64,000 nt of DNA from Enoplolaimus lenunculus (GCA_030248215.1 JASANG010001649.1:310001-374000); one strand, 5' to 3'; positions 38,834 through 52,401 are shown, counted from the first letter of the stretch. A program made the numbers and translations. The notes: generated from the letters alone by a model not told the origin.

Positions 38834-39976
38834 GGCTGGTTACCCGTCTCTATCGGCTTCCATAAACCAGGTACAATGAGAACGCTTTAAAAAATTTTTG
38901 AAACACATAAAACAACACAAAACACACCGATCATAGATGTTTGTACGTGACTTGCGTGCCCAACGAAATTGCTCTTGAACTGCATTCTATAACAACGTCG
39001 GCTATTTTTTGTTCGTGCTACACAAATCTAAACGTCCGATTAATTTGTTTGAATTTATTTGATAAATTTAAAATGACGTGTTCGTTTTGTCGCAAAAATT
39101 TCAATTTCATAAATTACGAGAAAACGAATCGAAAAATAGGAATTATTTTGAGATTTTATGACTGATCGATGACTGGCGGATGCAAAGGGCGCTATTGCTT
39201 TTGGAATCAGGGATCAAAACTAAAATTTTGTATTCAAATTTAGTACTAAACATTGCGTTTTACTTGTCGCTCGGTTCGTTTGTAAACATTTTGCACAGTT
39301 ACATATCGTGTGCCGTCGCGAGAAACTTCTAAATTCACCGCTGTGACAAACAGTCAAAATTGAAAGTAAAAACTGTTTTTGTACTTCAAATTTTGTTTCA
39401 TTTTTGAGTTAAAAAACGTTTCAGACTGAAAGGTTAAAGTGTGTCATTTTTGTTTTGAAAATAATGTCATTTCTGAACGTCTACGGGTCACTTTCAGATT
39501 ACGTAGTGTTCATATAATGTTAAAATTTGATACATTTTTTAATTTAAACGATCTGAATTTTTAAATTATCGTAATTTTAAATCTTTTGATTTATAAAAAT
39601 GAACACAGATTATTAAACTGGAGAGTGTTCCTCGGCAAAAATTAAAATACAGAACCGAAAGAACCAAATGATACAATTTTAGCACTTTAAACGCATTGTG
39701 CGGTTAAGGATCCAGGATAGAAACATACCAATTGTGAAACCTTGCTCTTCTGGCCCATTATAACGACATAAATGCTGTTCCGTGTGAATTGGTAAAAAAA
39801 CGTATGATACCATTTCGTTCCTAATTTCAGAACTTTTTGATGTCAATTTATTCCTAAATCATTAAAATGAGCACAGTGGATCAGCCATGTCGGTATATAT
39901 CCACGGTAACTGTATGTAAAGAACAATGATTGCCATACATTTGCACGTATATCGAAATATAGAAGTTGTTGCAATT

Positions 39977-40050
39977 GACCATATAGTGTAGTCGTATAGC
40001 ACATTTGACTCGAACGCAAAAGGGCCGAGGTTCAATTCCCCGCGTGGTCC
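39977..40050 (+). pseudogene. tRNA-like sequence, anticodon CGA, short variable loop
   Basis: Cloverleaf: acceptor GACCATA/CGTGGTC, D stem GTGT/GCAC, anticodon stem TTTGA/GCAAA with loop CTCGAAC, T stem CGAGG/CCCCG. One mismatch in each of three stems. Confidence 0.6.
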
Positions 40051-40587
40051 TTAACTTTGGCCAAAACTTCGAACAGCGGTCGCGCAGAAGACCGTGTAAT
40101 TCCAAACGCACATTTAAATTCAAACGAAATCTAAGTTTAACAAATACAAAATTTTCAACATCGCAGCAGTTGAAAAGTAAACTCTTGAAAGCAAAACACT
40201 GTGCACTATAAATCGCACCTGACAAACACAAACTCCGAACAAACAATACTTCAATAACTGCACTATACTGAACACTTTAGCTAGAAAGTGTACCCAGTGC
40301 CGGAGCAGCCGAGGTGTGGGGTCGCCCAAAATTCCGGGGTGGGAGCTCCTTGCAATGATCAAAATCTTTTTCAAATTTTTTGTTTAAATCTTGTTAGGGT
40401 GGAAGGACCTCTTTGGGGAGGGGCCCCCAAATGGGGGTATGGGGGTGGCTGTTCCGGCCCTCCGTGCACGCATCAAAATAGTAAACTTAAGCTGTAAACG
40501 TTTTCAACTTTTCGAGTCGCTTTCATTTGAATAATAAACGAATAAACACAACACTTAAAATGTTTTCATTTGCTATAACAGATTTTC

Positions 40588-40842
40588 GTCTAAAATGAAA
40601 CACAAATGGAAGGTCCACATTAAACGGCCTACCCACTTAGCCTAAACCTAAACCTAAACCAAATTATAAACTCAGTCTAAAATGAAAAACAAATAGAAGG
40701 TCCACATTAAACGGCCTACCCACTTAGCCTAAACCTAAACCTAAACCAAATTATAAACTCAGTCTAAAATGAAAAACAAATAGAAGGTCCACATTAAACG
40801 GTCTGCCTACTTAGCAGAAACCTAAGCGTAAACCAAATTATA
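40588..40842. repeat. Tandem repeat, 87 bp x ~3, containing GCCTAA/ACCTAA hexamers
   Basis: Units start at 40588, 40675 and 40762 with GTCTAAAATGAAA. Confidence 0.9.
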
Positions 40843-42563
40843 CATATTAACCTTAATGTCTCTATAGCCTAAATGTAAGCCTAATCCTAAGGCTAAGATC
40901 CCGGCCTGTAGGCCTACCGATCTCCACGTTTCCCAATGGGCTGAAGACCCCCTAAATTCGACAGTCACCGAAACGGAAATTAGGGCCATACTTCTAAGTG
41001 AAAGTAGAGGTTATAAGTGATTCCACAAATAATTTCTGTTTTAAAATATTTATTCATGTAACGTTAATCAAGAGAGTAAGATCAGTAAAAGTAAGGGAGG
41101 GTGAACTCGAGTAGTCGGTAAAGAAATTTTGAGTGAGTATACCCGCGAGTAAAAAATAACATTTCCGCAAGGAAAGCGCAGCGCTTTAAAAAATCTTTGC
41201 CCACATACACCTCTGGTTTCAAAAGCAGCAAAAGCGTTTCAAACAAGAACTAGCCAGTAGCTGTTGTGTTGTCAATAGCAGTACTAAAAATTTAACTAAA
41301 CCATACAAAGTTCTACGAGATGTTTTAAGATAGTTTTTTTAAACATTTCCCCAAGGTTCTTCAAAAAATTGAAAATTAATCTATGGATTAGCCTAACAAA
41401 GATAAAAAATAAACCAACCTCTAGCCGAAATACAAACCTGTACGTTAGTGAACAAACAATATTTGAAATTCAAAAGAAAATCTACTGAAACATTAATATT
41501 TCGGAACAATTATTTGATGTTAGCTTGAAAATTATCATAGCAATCCAGTGTTGAATATAAATTGAGGTGACTTTGAGCCTTCGCAAACATTTGAGCAAAT
41601 TTTGTGCGAACAAAAATACTTAAACAACTTCGTTGCTCGCTTTACACGGCAAACAACAGACAACCAATTGCGACTGCAAACAAAAACAGCAAACGTACAG
41701 AGTTTTCTTAGACAAAACACTAAAGACGCTTGACAAACGCGAGAAAGTTTGAGGTTTAAGAACTTGAAATTTTAGAATACTGAACGCTAGTGCGATGAAC
41801 ATAGTATGTGTTGGAGGCTAAATTCTCTCCAACTAAATCAGGCTGCAGCCACGAGGGGCGTCGACAGTGGCGCCGCCACCAATGACCGTGGTCTCCATAA
41901 AATTTATCAGCAGTATTAAAAGGATGCTACGTTAAAAACATATTTCTTGCCTCGTCCAGCAATTTTGCGGTCCGTTCTACTGGAAACTCGTGGAAACTCG
42001 AGGTTGTAGGCTTGAGCTATAAATTACTTGTGCGATATGAAAAGTCGATTCAGAGTACAAAAGGTTTTCATCATAAAACAAATTTTTACTTAAATTCACA
42101 GTTTGACGTCGGATTTTTCATTTACAGAGTATTTTAAGATATTTTTTGATAGCAAGTTTCAGTCGACTCAAAATAATTCCATATGTATACAATTTTTGGC
42201 CCATGCAAAGACCAGGGACGGAATGTTTTTCTGCGGGACTCAAATACAATTAGCTTAAGCTTTAGACCTATTTTTTCTTAGGCTTAAAAGAATATGCCTA
42301 TCCATATGAGTTAAAGCTGATTCAACGCCTAGGTAATCGAACACACATAAATAAGCACGTAAACTTAAAGTTTTTAATACAAAAACTAATATATGCACAA
42401 AAAAATCGGATGCAACCATTAAGACAAACACCGACTGTGATGATAACGAAAGAAAAAGAGCATAGAGTTAACATTGTAAAAAAATTACTAAGCTAATTTC
42501 GGGAACTAACTTGCAGTTTTTAGATTTTTAAACAGCTTTCGTTTTTCTTGTTCGAAATACACA

Positions 42564-42927
42564 CAGTGGCGGATCCACGGGGGGCCACCCGGCCGTGCCC
42601 CCCCAACAGCTTCTCGACAAAAATTATATAGAGTGTCAATTGCTGTTCTACGAAATAAATTGAAATCCTTAACCGCTAATGCTAAAACATTGTCCGAAAA
42701 TAGCAGGCAGTTCCAACTCATTCAAAACAGAAACGGATATTGCTGAAGATGACTGGGTTTTGCTTTTTCAAAACTGAATTGGCTTCCGAATCCGAGCCTT
42801 TAAATAATTGAACGAACGTAAGGAAGTCAATTTTATGACAATAGTTCGTGGTTTGTGGGTGGGTCAAAAATAAGTTTACTACCTGTGAAGTTTTGCCCCC
42901 CATTTTAAGATTCTGGATCCGCCACTG
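42564..42927. mobile_element. hAT-like MITE, family C
   Basis: Perfect 14 bp TIR CAGTGGCGGATCCA and perfect 8 bp TSD AATACACA. Confidence 0.9.
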
Positions 42928-42961
42928 AATACACACAATCAGCTCCGGTGACATCTGTAAG

Positions 42962-43087
42962 GGACACGTGTGTCAGTGAATATATATTGAATTCGTAATT
43001 TACCCTGGGCCCCTAAAGTTTTATTACCCACCCCAACGGACGCGTGTCTCAGTGAATATTGAGTATTCGTGAATTACCCAGGGTCCC
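42962..43087. repeat. Diverged tandem duplication (~76 bp period)
   Basis: Two units GGAC.CGTGT.TCAGTGAATAT...CCCTAAAGTTTTATTACCCACCC. The second unit extends to about 43107. Confidence 0.8.
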
Positions 43088-44204
43088 TAAAGTTTTATTA
43101 CCCACCCAGAAAAGCTATTATAATCTAGACTTGATTTATAAATTGTTTAATATTAATATTGCACACGGTTTATGTGTCAACGCAATTTAATGCTTACAAT
43201 TAGCCGTGAGTTTTAAATTTCTATAGAGCTTCAGTAGTTTTGCCAATATTCCAGGATTAGGCGACAATTTTAATATCGTTCCTGCAAAAAAGTTTTCAGC
43301 GACAAAACTCAAAAATTGCCAAATATTCGATTTGATGTTCGCTGTTCAGAAAGAATATTTAAGGCAGACAAAGGGGCAAAATAAATGTTCTACCCATCTT
43401 CGCTAAAACTTAAGAAAAATGTTATTTAAACGTTTTAGACAGTCACCAACTGGGTAATAGAGGTTAAAATTTTTTTCGTTTGCTTCTGAAAACATAAACG
43501 TGTTAGACCATTACGAAATCAAATAGTGGTTGCACTATTGTTGGTATTCTTCTGAAATTATAAGCCAAAATGAATATCTGCAACGTTACACTTTTGTATA
43601 ACTAAATAACTGTTCAACCACAGCCCCAACTACAAAGGGGTAATGGTAAAAGTGTTTGTTTCAGTACTAAAAGCAGTTTATGTTTAACAAACCTTTCCTT
43701 GCCCTCTCTAGAAATGTTCTTGCACTTTCTACTAACAATTCCTATATTTGCAGAGTTGTCGGCAAACCAACAAAAAGATACAAATGACGAGAAAAGATGG
43801 CTATATATTGCTCGCAGATTATCGTAATATATTTTCTCATATCAAGTTTTGACCAAAACTAAAAAAAGTTTCATTGTCCTTAGTTTTCTGAATCTAAAAA
43901 CTTGTCTTCACTGAAAATGATATTAAAACATTTTGTCAATATACAACAAGATCTGTGTAGACCTTGAAATTAATCGTTACAAATTTAGTTGCAAAACATT
44001 TTAGTACAAATTTCACCGTAACAGTACCTATTACTCAATTATATCGCTGTATCTCGTGAGCGGAGCAATCCCCCGTTTCGCATGCCCCACCCCCAGTGTA
44101 AGTAAGGGTAGGACACCTGGTTTTTTTAAATCGAGAGATTAGTTTAGTAACGAGTTTAGTGAAATATACATATATATCGTATGTGTAATTTACACTGTGA
44201 CGTG

Positions 44205-44376
44205 CACTGGCAGATCCAGGATCTCAAAATGGGGAGGGGGCAAAATTTCACAGGTAAAAAACTTACTTTTGACCTATACACAAACGACGAACTATTGTCA
44301 CAAAATTGCTATAGAATTTTTGTCGAGATGCTGTTGGGGGGGCACGGCCGGGGTGGCCACCCCGGATCCGCCATTG
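44205..44376. mobile_element. hAT-like MITE, family C, inverted and internally deleted
   Basis: Termini CACTGGCAGATCCA and GGATCCGCCATTG, TSD GTGACGTG/GTGCCGTG (7/8). Both arms match 42564-42927 in reverse. Confidence 0.85.
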
Positions 44377-45098
44377 GTGCCGTGGCTAACACACAGCTTG
44401 TTTAGTAGAATCTTTTATGCAGAAATTTTCTAATGGAGCACGCATCCATAATCCCACTTTACCCGCTTCCCTTGGAGTGAACATTGTGGTACTTCATACT
44501 TACGTTTCATACGTTCGCTATCTCTTGATGCCGGCATTCGATTTGCGTTAGAATTATAAAAATCACACACATGCACGCTAATGTATAGAATAGGGCCCTA
44601 GCAGTAGTATATGTATATTCCGAAGACTACGACTAAGCGTAAGAATGAGCTTGTACCGAAGCCTAAAAAGCCTAAGCAAAAAATAGTCTAAAGCTTAAGT
44701 TTACTCTATTGCAGACCCGCAAAAATGTTCCGCAACCTAATCTTCACATGGGCCCACCAGCAGAAATTAATATTATAAAACTGGATCCAACCGTCTATAA
44801 TTTCTGTAGCCGAAAGCTAAATTTCAATTCTGAAACCAAAAGATTAATAATAAATGTAAAGCATAAGTTTTCTAAATTGAAAAATTTAAAAATATTTTTT
44901 GTGATAAAATGTGAATTTAATAACGCAGACACTTTTTTGGGGTATGGCCTGTCTGAACCAGAGGCACCAGGAGCAATTACAATTGACTACCATACGAGCG
45001 AGCACTACGTTAAAGCAAAGCAGAATCGATCCTTGAGGGGATGAGGGTATCTAGGCAAAACTACGCTTCTTGTTTGCACATTTCCACACACAAATGTT

Positions 45099-45256
45099 GG
45101 CCCATGTCAAATATAGGGGCCTGCCTACAATCATAAGTTAAGAACTTAAGCCTAAGCCAAAACCTAAACATAAAACTAATCATAAGCCTAAGCTTATTCT
45201 CCAATATCCCAGACTCCTGTCTTCCAGTGGCAGGCCGCTATGCTTCACATGGGCCC
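45099..45256. mobile_element. MITE with GGGCCC-type termini and telomere-like core
   Basis: GGCCCATGTCAAATATAGGGGCCTGCC mirrored by GGCAGGCCGCTATGCTTCACATGGGCC, with a GCCTAA-like hexamer core. Related ends at ~42199 and ~44745. Confidence 0.7.
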
Positions 45257-46118
45257 TAAGATTAATTTGATCAAAGGAGACGTAAGTTCCTCCTTCTCAG
45301 ATTACTGTTTAATATTGTCCCAAGCTTAAGAATAGGTTTAGGTTCAGGGATAGGCTGGGTCGAGACTAGGACGTGCCGCCTTGGAATACGGTATTGTTTG
45401 ACGATCTATGTATAGATTATATATAAAAATAGAACAGTGATCGTTTCGGAAACAGGTCATATTTTCTAAGAACAAGTATTAAGAGCACAATTATCGTTCG
45501 TGTGGGTTCCTAAATATTTCAGTTATACACTAATTTTATAATTAAGAAAGGATATTATTTAAATTTGTATTTTATGATTTAAAATATTTCAATTTGTTTG
45601 AGAACAACAACAAATATCCTAAACTATATATGATTCTTTGCGTCGAAAATTGACATAAATATATACACAGTTTCACAAAATTTCATTAAAATTAGGGATA
45701 ATATCATAATTGAGTATGTGCTCAAAATACAGAAAAAAAATCATGCCTCTTCGCATTAGCCTTAATTTGCGAGCATCAGTACAACGAGCAGTGGCGGATC
45801 CAGAAATTTCTAACAAAAGTGGCCGTACGATAAACAACAATAGAAAAAGATCGCAAGTAAAGCGAGCAAAAAGCCAAACGCAATTTTAGTACTACTAAAT
45901 CATACAAAAATTTTAGTTTTGATCCATGTTGGAGACGATAATCCAAATTGGATAATGACAACAAACGTAACATTAAGGTGAATTATTTGTCAATTTTAGT
46001 CATTCTGTGTTGCGCTTGTTCACAAACACAAGAATAACAAAGAAAAAGCTGATCAATGGAAGGAAAACACAAAACGTAACAAGGCAATAAAATAGACACT
46101 AGAAAGAAAACAATGATC

Positions 46119-46280
46119 CGGGCCCATAGCCAACGAGACCAGGAGGGCTCAGCCCCTCTCCTGGAAAATTTTGGACCCTCTAAAAAATTTCATTGCTTGT
46201 AAATCAACAAAACACCTTGTATACCCCTTCTGAAAAATTTTTTGCCCACCCCCTAGCAAGGTGAGGCGACTTCGGGCCTA
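46119..46280. mobile_element. hAT-like MITE, family B
   Basis: CGGGCCCATAGCCA...CCCCTAGCAAGGTGAG...CGGGCCTA, colinear with 10881-11014. Confidence 0.72.
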
Positions 46281-48471
46281 CAGGAATCACTAACACAGAG
46301 CACAGTACTTTACAGATGAAGTATTAAATATTTAAAAAATGAAGACAAGAAAAATCGCTTTTTTAAAAACTGAAAAGTTTAAGTGACCAAAAATTAACTT
46401 TAAAAGCAGAAGACAACATTGCACAGAACAACAAAAATCAACAGGGGAATTCGTGACTAATGGTGGGGGCCGACAGTAGTACTCTATAGCATGAAACATG
46501 AATAAAGTTGATTTCAGGCTACAAGTAAAGTAAATGCCAACATCGATTTCAGGAACTCAAGTCAAAAAAGCCACTGTTTTAAGGAATGAAATGGAGATTT
46601 CAAAAACACTTTTACGTACAGTCGTATTTTACAGTATATGTAGGGTCTTGGCCCTCCCCTCGTCCCGAAAAAATTTAAGCCTCGTTTCAGTTTTAGGCTT
46701 TAAAAATGATTACCCAGTGATTAAGCGATAAAGTTACAGAACAAAGTGAAAAAATAACAAAAAATAAAGAAAGTGAAAATATATTAAAATTGACTTTTGT
46801 AGTAGGGAATTGCAAGAAAACATAGGGAAACGGCAAAATATGTCAAACAACGTTTTTTCTTAGAAACAACGACAACGGCGCGGTTTATCGCTAAAGGTCA
46901 AAGACATCTCCTTGCGTAACACGGCGGACGTTACAAAAATCAAATAAAAGAAAAACGAAATATATATCATATATTATATATAAATATATATAAATATATA
47001 ATATGTAAACACATTAAAGACGGTAAAAATTGAACAATCGTAGGACAATAAAAGGTAAAAAATAATTTGCGCATTAGAATTTTTTTCTGTCACATTTCGT
47101 GGAAAGGCAAGCAGAGCGGACTGCAAAACGATAAGTATTAAGGATTTATTTTACCATTCTAAACGGTATCAACACGGCGTAGGCCAATGCTACGTCCACA
47201 GATTGAAGGAAAGTTCCGAAAGCTAAAATTACTATTTTCAACTTCGTATTAATTACACCAAAAAATCACTGGGTGGTTATATCGAATTGCATACAAAATT
47301 TTGGTACAAGGATCTCTAGACATTTCAACTTTTTAAGGGTATACAACGAGGGTATCACGACAATTCGACACCCGACAACTCTCGTCGACCGACAACTTGT
47401 ATTCCGAAACTTCATCGACTGAACAATTGGTCGCCCATAATTATACTTAGGCTTACACGCAGGCTTAGAATTACACTTAGGATTATGCTTAGATTGATTA
47501 ATTCGCTTTAGTGCACTGTTCGACGAATTGACGTAGATTCAACAACGACATTATTCAGCTTGTTATAATACGTTTTACGCCGATAACGAATTTTAGGAAT
47601 AAGCGTATATTTTGAGCCTAAAAATCTAAGACCAACTCCCAAATCCAAATTATACATAAAATTCCCAACATCAACGTGCTGGACAGGTTCAGATTAAAAA
47701 ATATTTAAAATGAGGTTACATGTTTAATAACGTTTTGGTCGTTTACGCTACCCTTAATATTATTAGATTAAACTTTAAAGAACAAAATATACTGCGAGAA
47801 AACTGTGTTTCACTTTCCTTAATAATTATTAAGCTGGAAATTGTTTCAATCTTAAAATATCTTTTGGTCGTGTAGCCATAGGATGGTAGAAAATTTTCAG
47901 GAGGCACACAACTGGGGATTTCACAAGGCAGACGATCTGTAATCGTGTTTAGGATGGATTTTATCCGCTGGATTTCTATAGGAAACACGGCCTCTTTGGG
48001 ACGTTCCGCCAATCGTATCGCATCTTCTACTGTATATATGTACGAGTAAACACTTCCTTAAAATTTACGTGTTGCTGTAAAAAACCAACGAATTAATCTA
48101 ATTCGTCTGAACAGCTCATAATGGTAAGCTCCATTCACAGGTGCACGTTGTGCAGCGAGAACTCGCAGCTGCAATTTGCACGCGATACCTGCAGCTGCAA
48201 GTATTTTCAAAGGAACATTCCGATTGACCAATCAAACTGCAGGTGCAAGAAATTCAAGCGACTTGCAACTGCGTTCACAGTTGCGAATTACATTTAATGG
48301 CATGAATTCCAGCTAGTTACTTGCAGCTCCAAGAACTTCAAAGCTGCTTTGTGACCAAACTTGCGCGTGCATGTCGCACGGGTTCGATATTCAAAAAACA
48401 CAAAAATTTCACTGCAAACAGCTCGTCCACTAAATTTAACGTTAAAACCGGGTAAAATTAACATTTGGGAC

Positions 48472-48639
48472 CAAGCCCGTAGCCACCACACCATGCTAGA
48501 TGGAGGGAGGTAAAAAATTTTCAGGAGGGACATACACGGGGCTTCGTTGACTTGAAAGTAAGGTTGAAAATATTCTAGGTGGCCAAAATTTTTCAATGAG
48601 GGAGGCTGAGCCCCCTAGATCTTCTTGGCTACGGACCCG
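48472..48639. mobile_element. hAT-like MITE, family B
   Basis: CAAGCCCGTAGCCA...TGGCTACGGACCCG, with degenerate TSD TTTGGGAC/TCTGAGAC. Confidence 0.72.
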
Positions 48640-49626
48640 TCTGAGACCTTGTGAATCCCCAATACGCAGTTCGAGTATTTCAGCTCTCATCACCTTTACA
48701 CGCGACTCAAAAATCACAAAAAATAATTGTGTAAATTTTAAAACAATATGTCACCTCTAGAGCGTTGTTGTCATACAGAATTTAAATTTTTAACCACCAA
48801 GTCAAACGAGAGAATACTTGAAAATGGACGAAAAATACATATGGTAACTGCAATGATAAATTACCGGAAGAAGTGAAAGTGTAATTTATATATAATACGT
48901 CGTTATTTTTAATTATATATACAGGAAGTAAAAACAACAACATACATTGACGAATATCGTATCGTTACTAGCTTTATGACCGAATAACACATTGCGCCAT
49001 TACTTTCGCACTCCGGACGCATGTTACTTTCAGGGGCGGATCGTGTTCCGCCTTACTGGAATAAAGACGGGCTAGGCTTTAGACTATTTTTTCGCTTAGG
49101 CTTAGACTTACGCTCAGGAAAATGAATGCTCAAGATGGCAGCTGCGCCCTGAAAAGTAGCGCTGGCCGCATAAGACACTGGCCGCGAGGCCCCGCCAAGG
49201 TTAGGCTTATGATGGCATGTGGCTTTGTATTCTGGATGGTGTAACATCACATAAAATACGAAAATTAATACCCGCAACCAATCAGAATTAAGTTTGGGTA
49301 TTGCAGTTTTTGGACGCAACCAATCAGAAGCAAGTTTAGGTAGTTTAGCATTTGCACGGAAAAATAACTCATACGCTCCGACCCATAGCCAACCCGTGGA
49401 AAAATTTTGGCCCCAAGATTTTCAACCTAGTTTGTACGTCAACAAAAAACATTACGCCAACGAAAAATTTTAAACCTAGCGCTAAAATTGCGTTTGGCTT
49501 CTCTCTCGCTTTACTTGCAAACGTTTCTCATTGATACATATCGCGCCAGGCCCGGTCAAACAATTCTATATCCGCCACCGGTTCTATAATTGTTAACTTA
49601 ACATAAATTTGTAAATGTTAAATTAC

Positions 49627-49740
49627 CTGTCTGACGTCGAAGCGTACCACCACCATCGCTTATCGAACTGGTAGACATTCGTTGCTGTGAATGAAACTGA
49701 AACGATGCATTCGAATCAACGCGATCTATTGAACACGGAC
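49627..49740 (-). CDS. SHANK: SHANK coding exon 12
   Basis: Acceptor atttcag, donor ACAG|gtaat, phase 1-1. Encodes PCSIDRVDSNASFQFHSQQRMSTSSISDGGGTLRRQT. Confidence 0.85.
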
Positions 49741-50070
49741 CTGAAATATTAAAACAAAAAATTGCACCGAGACAAACGCTCAGCCGCCTCAACATTTTGA
49801 AGGCAGCCCAAAAATAGCTCGAAAGTAACCGATATTTTGGAAAAACAAATAAAAAAAGGTCCGAAAATTGTCAAAATTTGCAAACATGTCAACTGTAACC
49901 GAAGACAATGGTTATGGTTGCTGTTTGAAATGTGATCATTTTGCATAACACAAAATCTGCTACTAAACTTAAATAATTGCCAAAATTACGGCAGGATTGA
50001 GCTTCCCATAGGATATCTCCTGATACCAAGGCAGAAGTTAATGAATGAGGTCAGACACTTTAAAACCTAC

Positions 50071-50381
50071 CCATAAGTGGTCGACCACTTCCAACTCCAC
50101 TAAGTCGTAAATTCTGAACAATTGAGTCTCTCAAATCGTGGGGCAGGGTAGTCGCTCCAGCTAGCGTGAACGAATGGTTGCCACCGGGAATTGGCATCAA
50201 GGGAGGGGTAATTTGAGGCATCATACTTAGACGAGGGCGACCGCCAGCTTGGCCGTTACACCGTGCCGTGCCACTTCTGGTCACAACTGCGCCTGGTTGA
50301 CGGGAGTAATGCGACTGGTGATGAGATGAAGGGCCGGCTAACGATAGCGATGGAGACGCGGTCTGGGCGCTGCGTGCTCGC
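50071..50381 (-). CDS. SHANK: SHANK coding exon 11
   Basis: Acceptor gttttag (phase 2), donor G|gtagg (phase 1). Same frame as ORF 50060-50284. Confidence 0.85.
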
Positions 50382-50948
50382 CTAAAACTTTACGCCATAG
50401 TCAGCGGTGTCACCAGCAAGAATTCACAGCTAGCAAGGAGACTTACAAAATAATCAACGAAAAGTTTTTTAACACAATTCTTCTAAGCTGCATTTAAAAA
50501 AATCGTCTTAGGGCTGTGCTATACTTTTATGGGCAACGCAGGGCCGCTCGACCCCGCCGCATCGAACCGTACGCTCGTATCACAAATAAAGCTAAATTTT
50601 AGATAGACCGCGCATCGACGTCCGGGGCCGGGCGGCATTATGCGTTTTATAAAAATTACGTTTTGACGTAAAGGGCGGCGCCACGCGACGAGTATAGCGC
50701 TTTCATAAGCCACCTCAGTATTTCACAAGAATTACGACTATGGTTATGCAAATCCCACAATATCATGAGAACAACAGGAGACCTTTGCGGCTTTTTTGAC
50801 TTCAGGGCGCTGCACACTGAGGTTTTTAGCTTTAGTCTGCAGCGTTCTGAAGCTTTTTTGGCTTCAGTGTGCAGGGCACTACTCCCCCAAATAGTCACCT
50901 GGTGTACTTATATTGTGGCAGTTGTGTTACATTGAACTAAGAGCTAAC

Positions 50949-51069
50949 CTGATTAACGAATCGTTATCGGCAAGCGAAATCGAAATAGACCTGGAACGGG
51001 CAACTGCTGTAGCACGCGATAGCGTCAGGCGACGTTTTGAGTTGTATCGAGGCGCACCACGGTACGGCA
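50949..51069 (-). CDS. SHANK: SHANK coding exon 10
   Basis: Acceptor atttcag (phase 1), donor AG|gttag (phase 2). Encodes VPYRGAPRYNSKRR (cf. post-ankyrin VPFRETPSYAKRRR). Confidence 0.9.
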
Positions 51070-52401
51070 CTGAAATCAAATTTTAAAAATTAATAAAAAC
51101 AAACAACGTTCATTTAAAATACTTTACAAAAATTGGCAAGCTTTCAGAACAGCCATCGGGCTCGTAGCAAGTTCAGCAAGGTAAATATGACAAAAAACAA
51201 TTTCAGAAGGCACTCTATGGGTTTTCGAATGGCTTACAAATGGACTTAAAAGTTTTGTTGATGACCAAAAGGTTTCTAAGGCGGCCTGAGCTGACCTGTC
51301 TCACTTGGTTACGAGCCCGTCAGCTGTCCGCATAGCTGCAAGGCAGGGTAAAGACAATTTTAGCTCTTATCGTACAGATTTGGCGAAGCAAAAACATCGT
51401 TTAAATTTCACCAAGTGTGATTCATTGGTTAAAAAGTTACAAGACTTACCACCAAATGGTGCTACAGGCTATACACAGTTGAGGATACTAGTCCGAGACA
51501 CAATTGTCATTATAAGCCGTAAGCTAAATGGATGCTAAATCTAAGCATAACTTTAAACTCATGCCTTGGCCCAAACGACGACGTCAATGTCACCGGGTCT
51601 ATTATTATAGAGTCGCTAGCAAGGAGTGTTGTCAAAGCAAGGTACGACCGGAGGTCCTGTCTCGAGCTCCGGCTGCCTGCAAAAACCAAGCTTTGGCTCC
51701 AGTTTTCTCGCCTCAGGTTGCACCCTACTTTCAAGAAACGGATTCGAACATGATGGAATGACGGCAAAAAATGTCAGGAACAAAGGGGGGGGGGAATTTG
51801 ACTTCACTTAATAAAGAGAACATAAAACTTTTCTGTAGGAATCATAATTTTTCGAGGGGAACGCCTGTCTGAGTCCAGGGCAGCGCGGGACTTCACACGC
51901 TGGTAAACGAGGGTCGGGTTAAAAATTTCAGCCGCACGTGTACCTGTGGGCAAAGATTTGATTCACGCGGGTAAAAAATTTACAGTTTTAACCCGCTTCA
52001 AACCCTAAACAGTTAAGGTGCAAAACATACGCTGTTAACTAGCTAATCAGTAGAGCGTTGAGAAAGTAAAAGTTCTATGATTTATTTTGTTGGATTCGAA
52101 TTTTTATTGTTTCCAGGGGTGTAATTCATGGAGCTATAATGCAAAACTTGAAGTGTAAATCACCAAGCGATCTTTAAAATACTGGTTTAACTTCAGGAAC
52201 GGGTAAAACTTAGATCGTGGGTATATCTTTTTACAAAAAAGTTTATTTGCCTGGGTAAAGTGCGCGTTGGATAAGAAAATCCTTACCTACATCCCACTCT
52301 GGTCTAGGATAGGGGTTCCAACACGATTCTCTGTTTCACTCAACCTGGCTCACCGTTGGCTGCGGTCTCGAGTTACTTCTAAAAAGCCGGAATGCTCTCA
52401 C

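Noticed and set aside
26000..49600. Nested protein-coding gene or autonomous transposase in the 24.5 kb intron
   Set aside because: Only short ORFs, mostly inside repeats, with no recognisable domain or chain of spliceable exons by eye.
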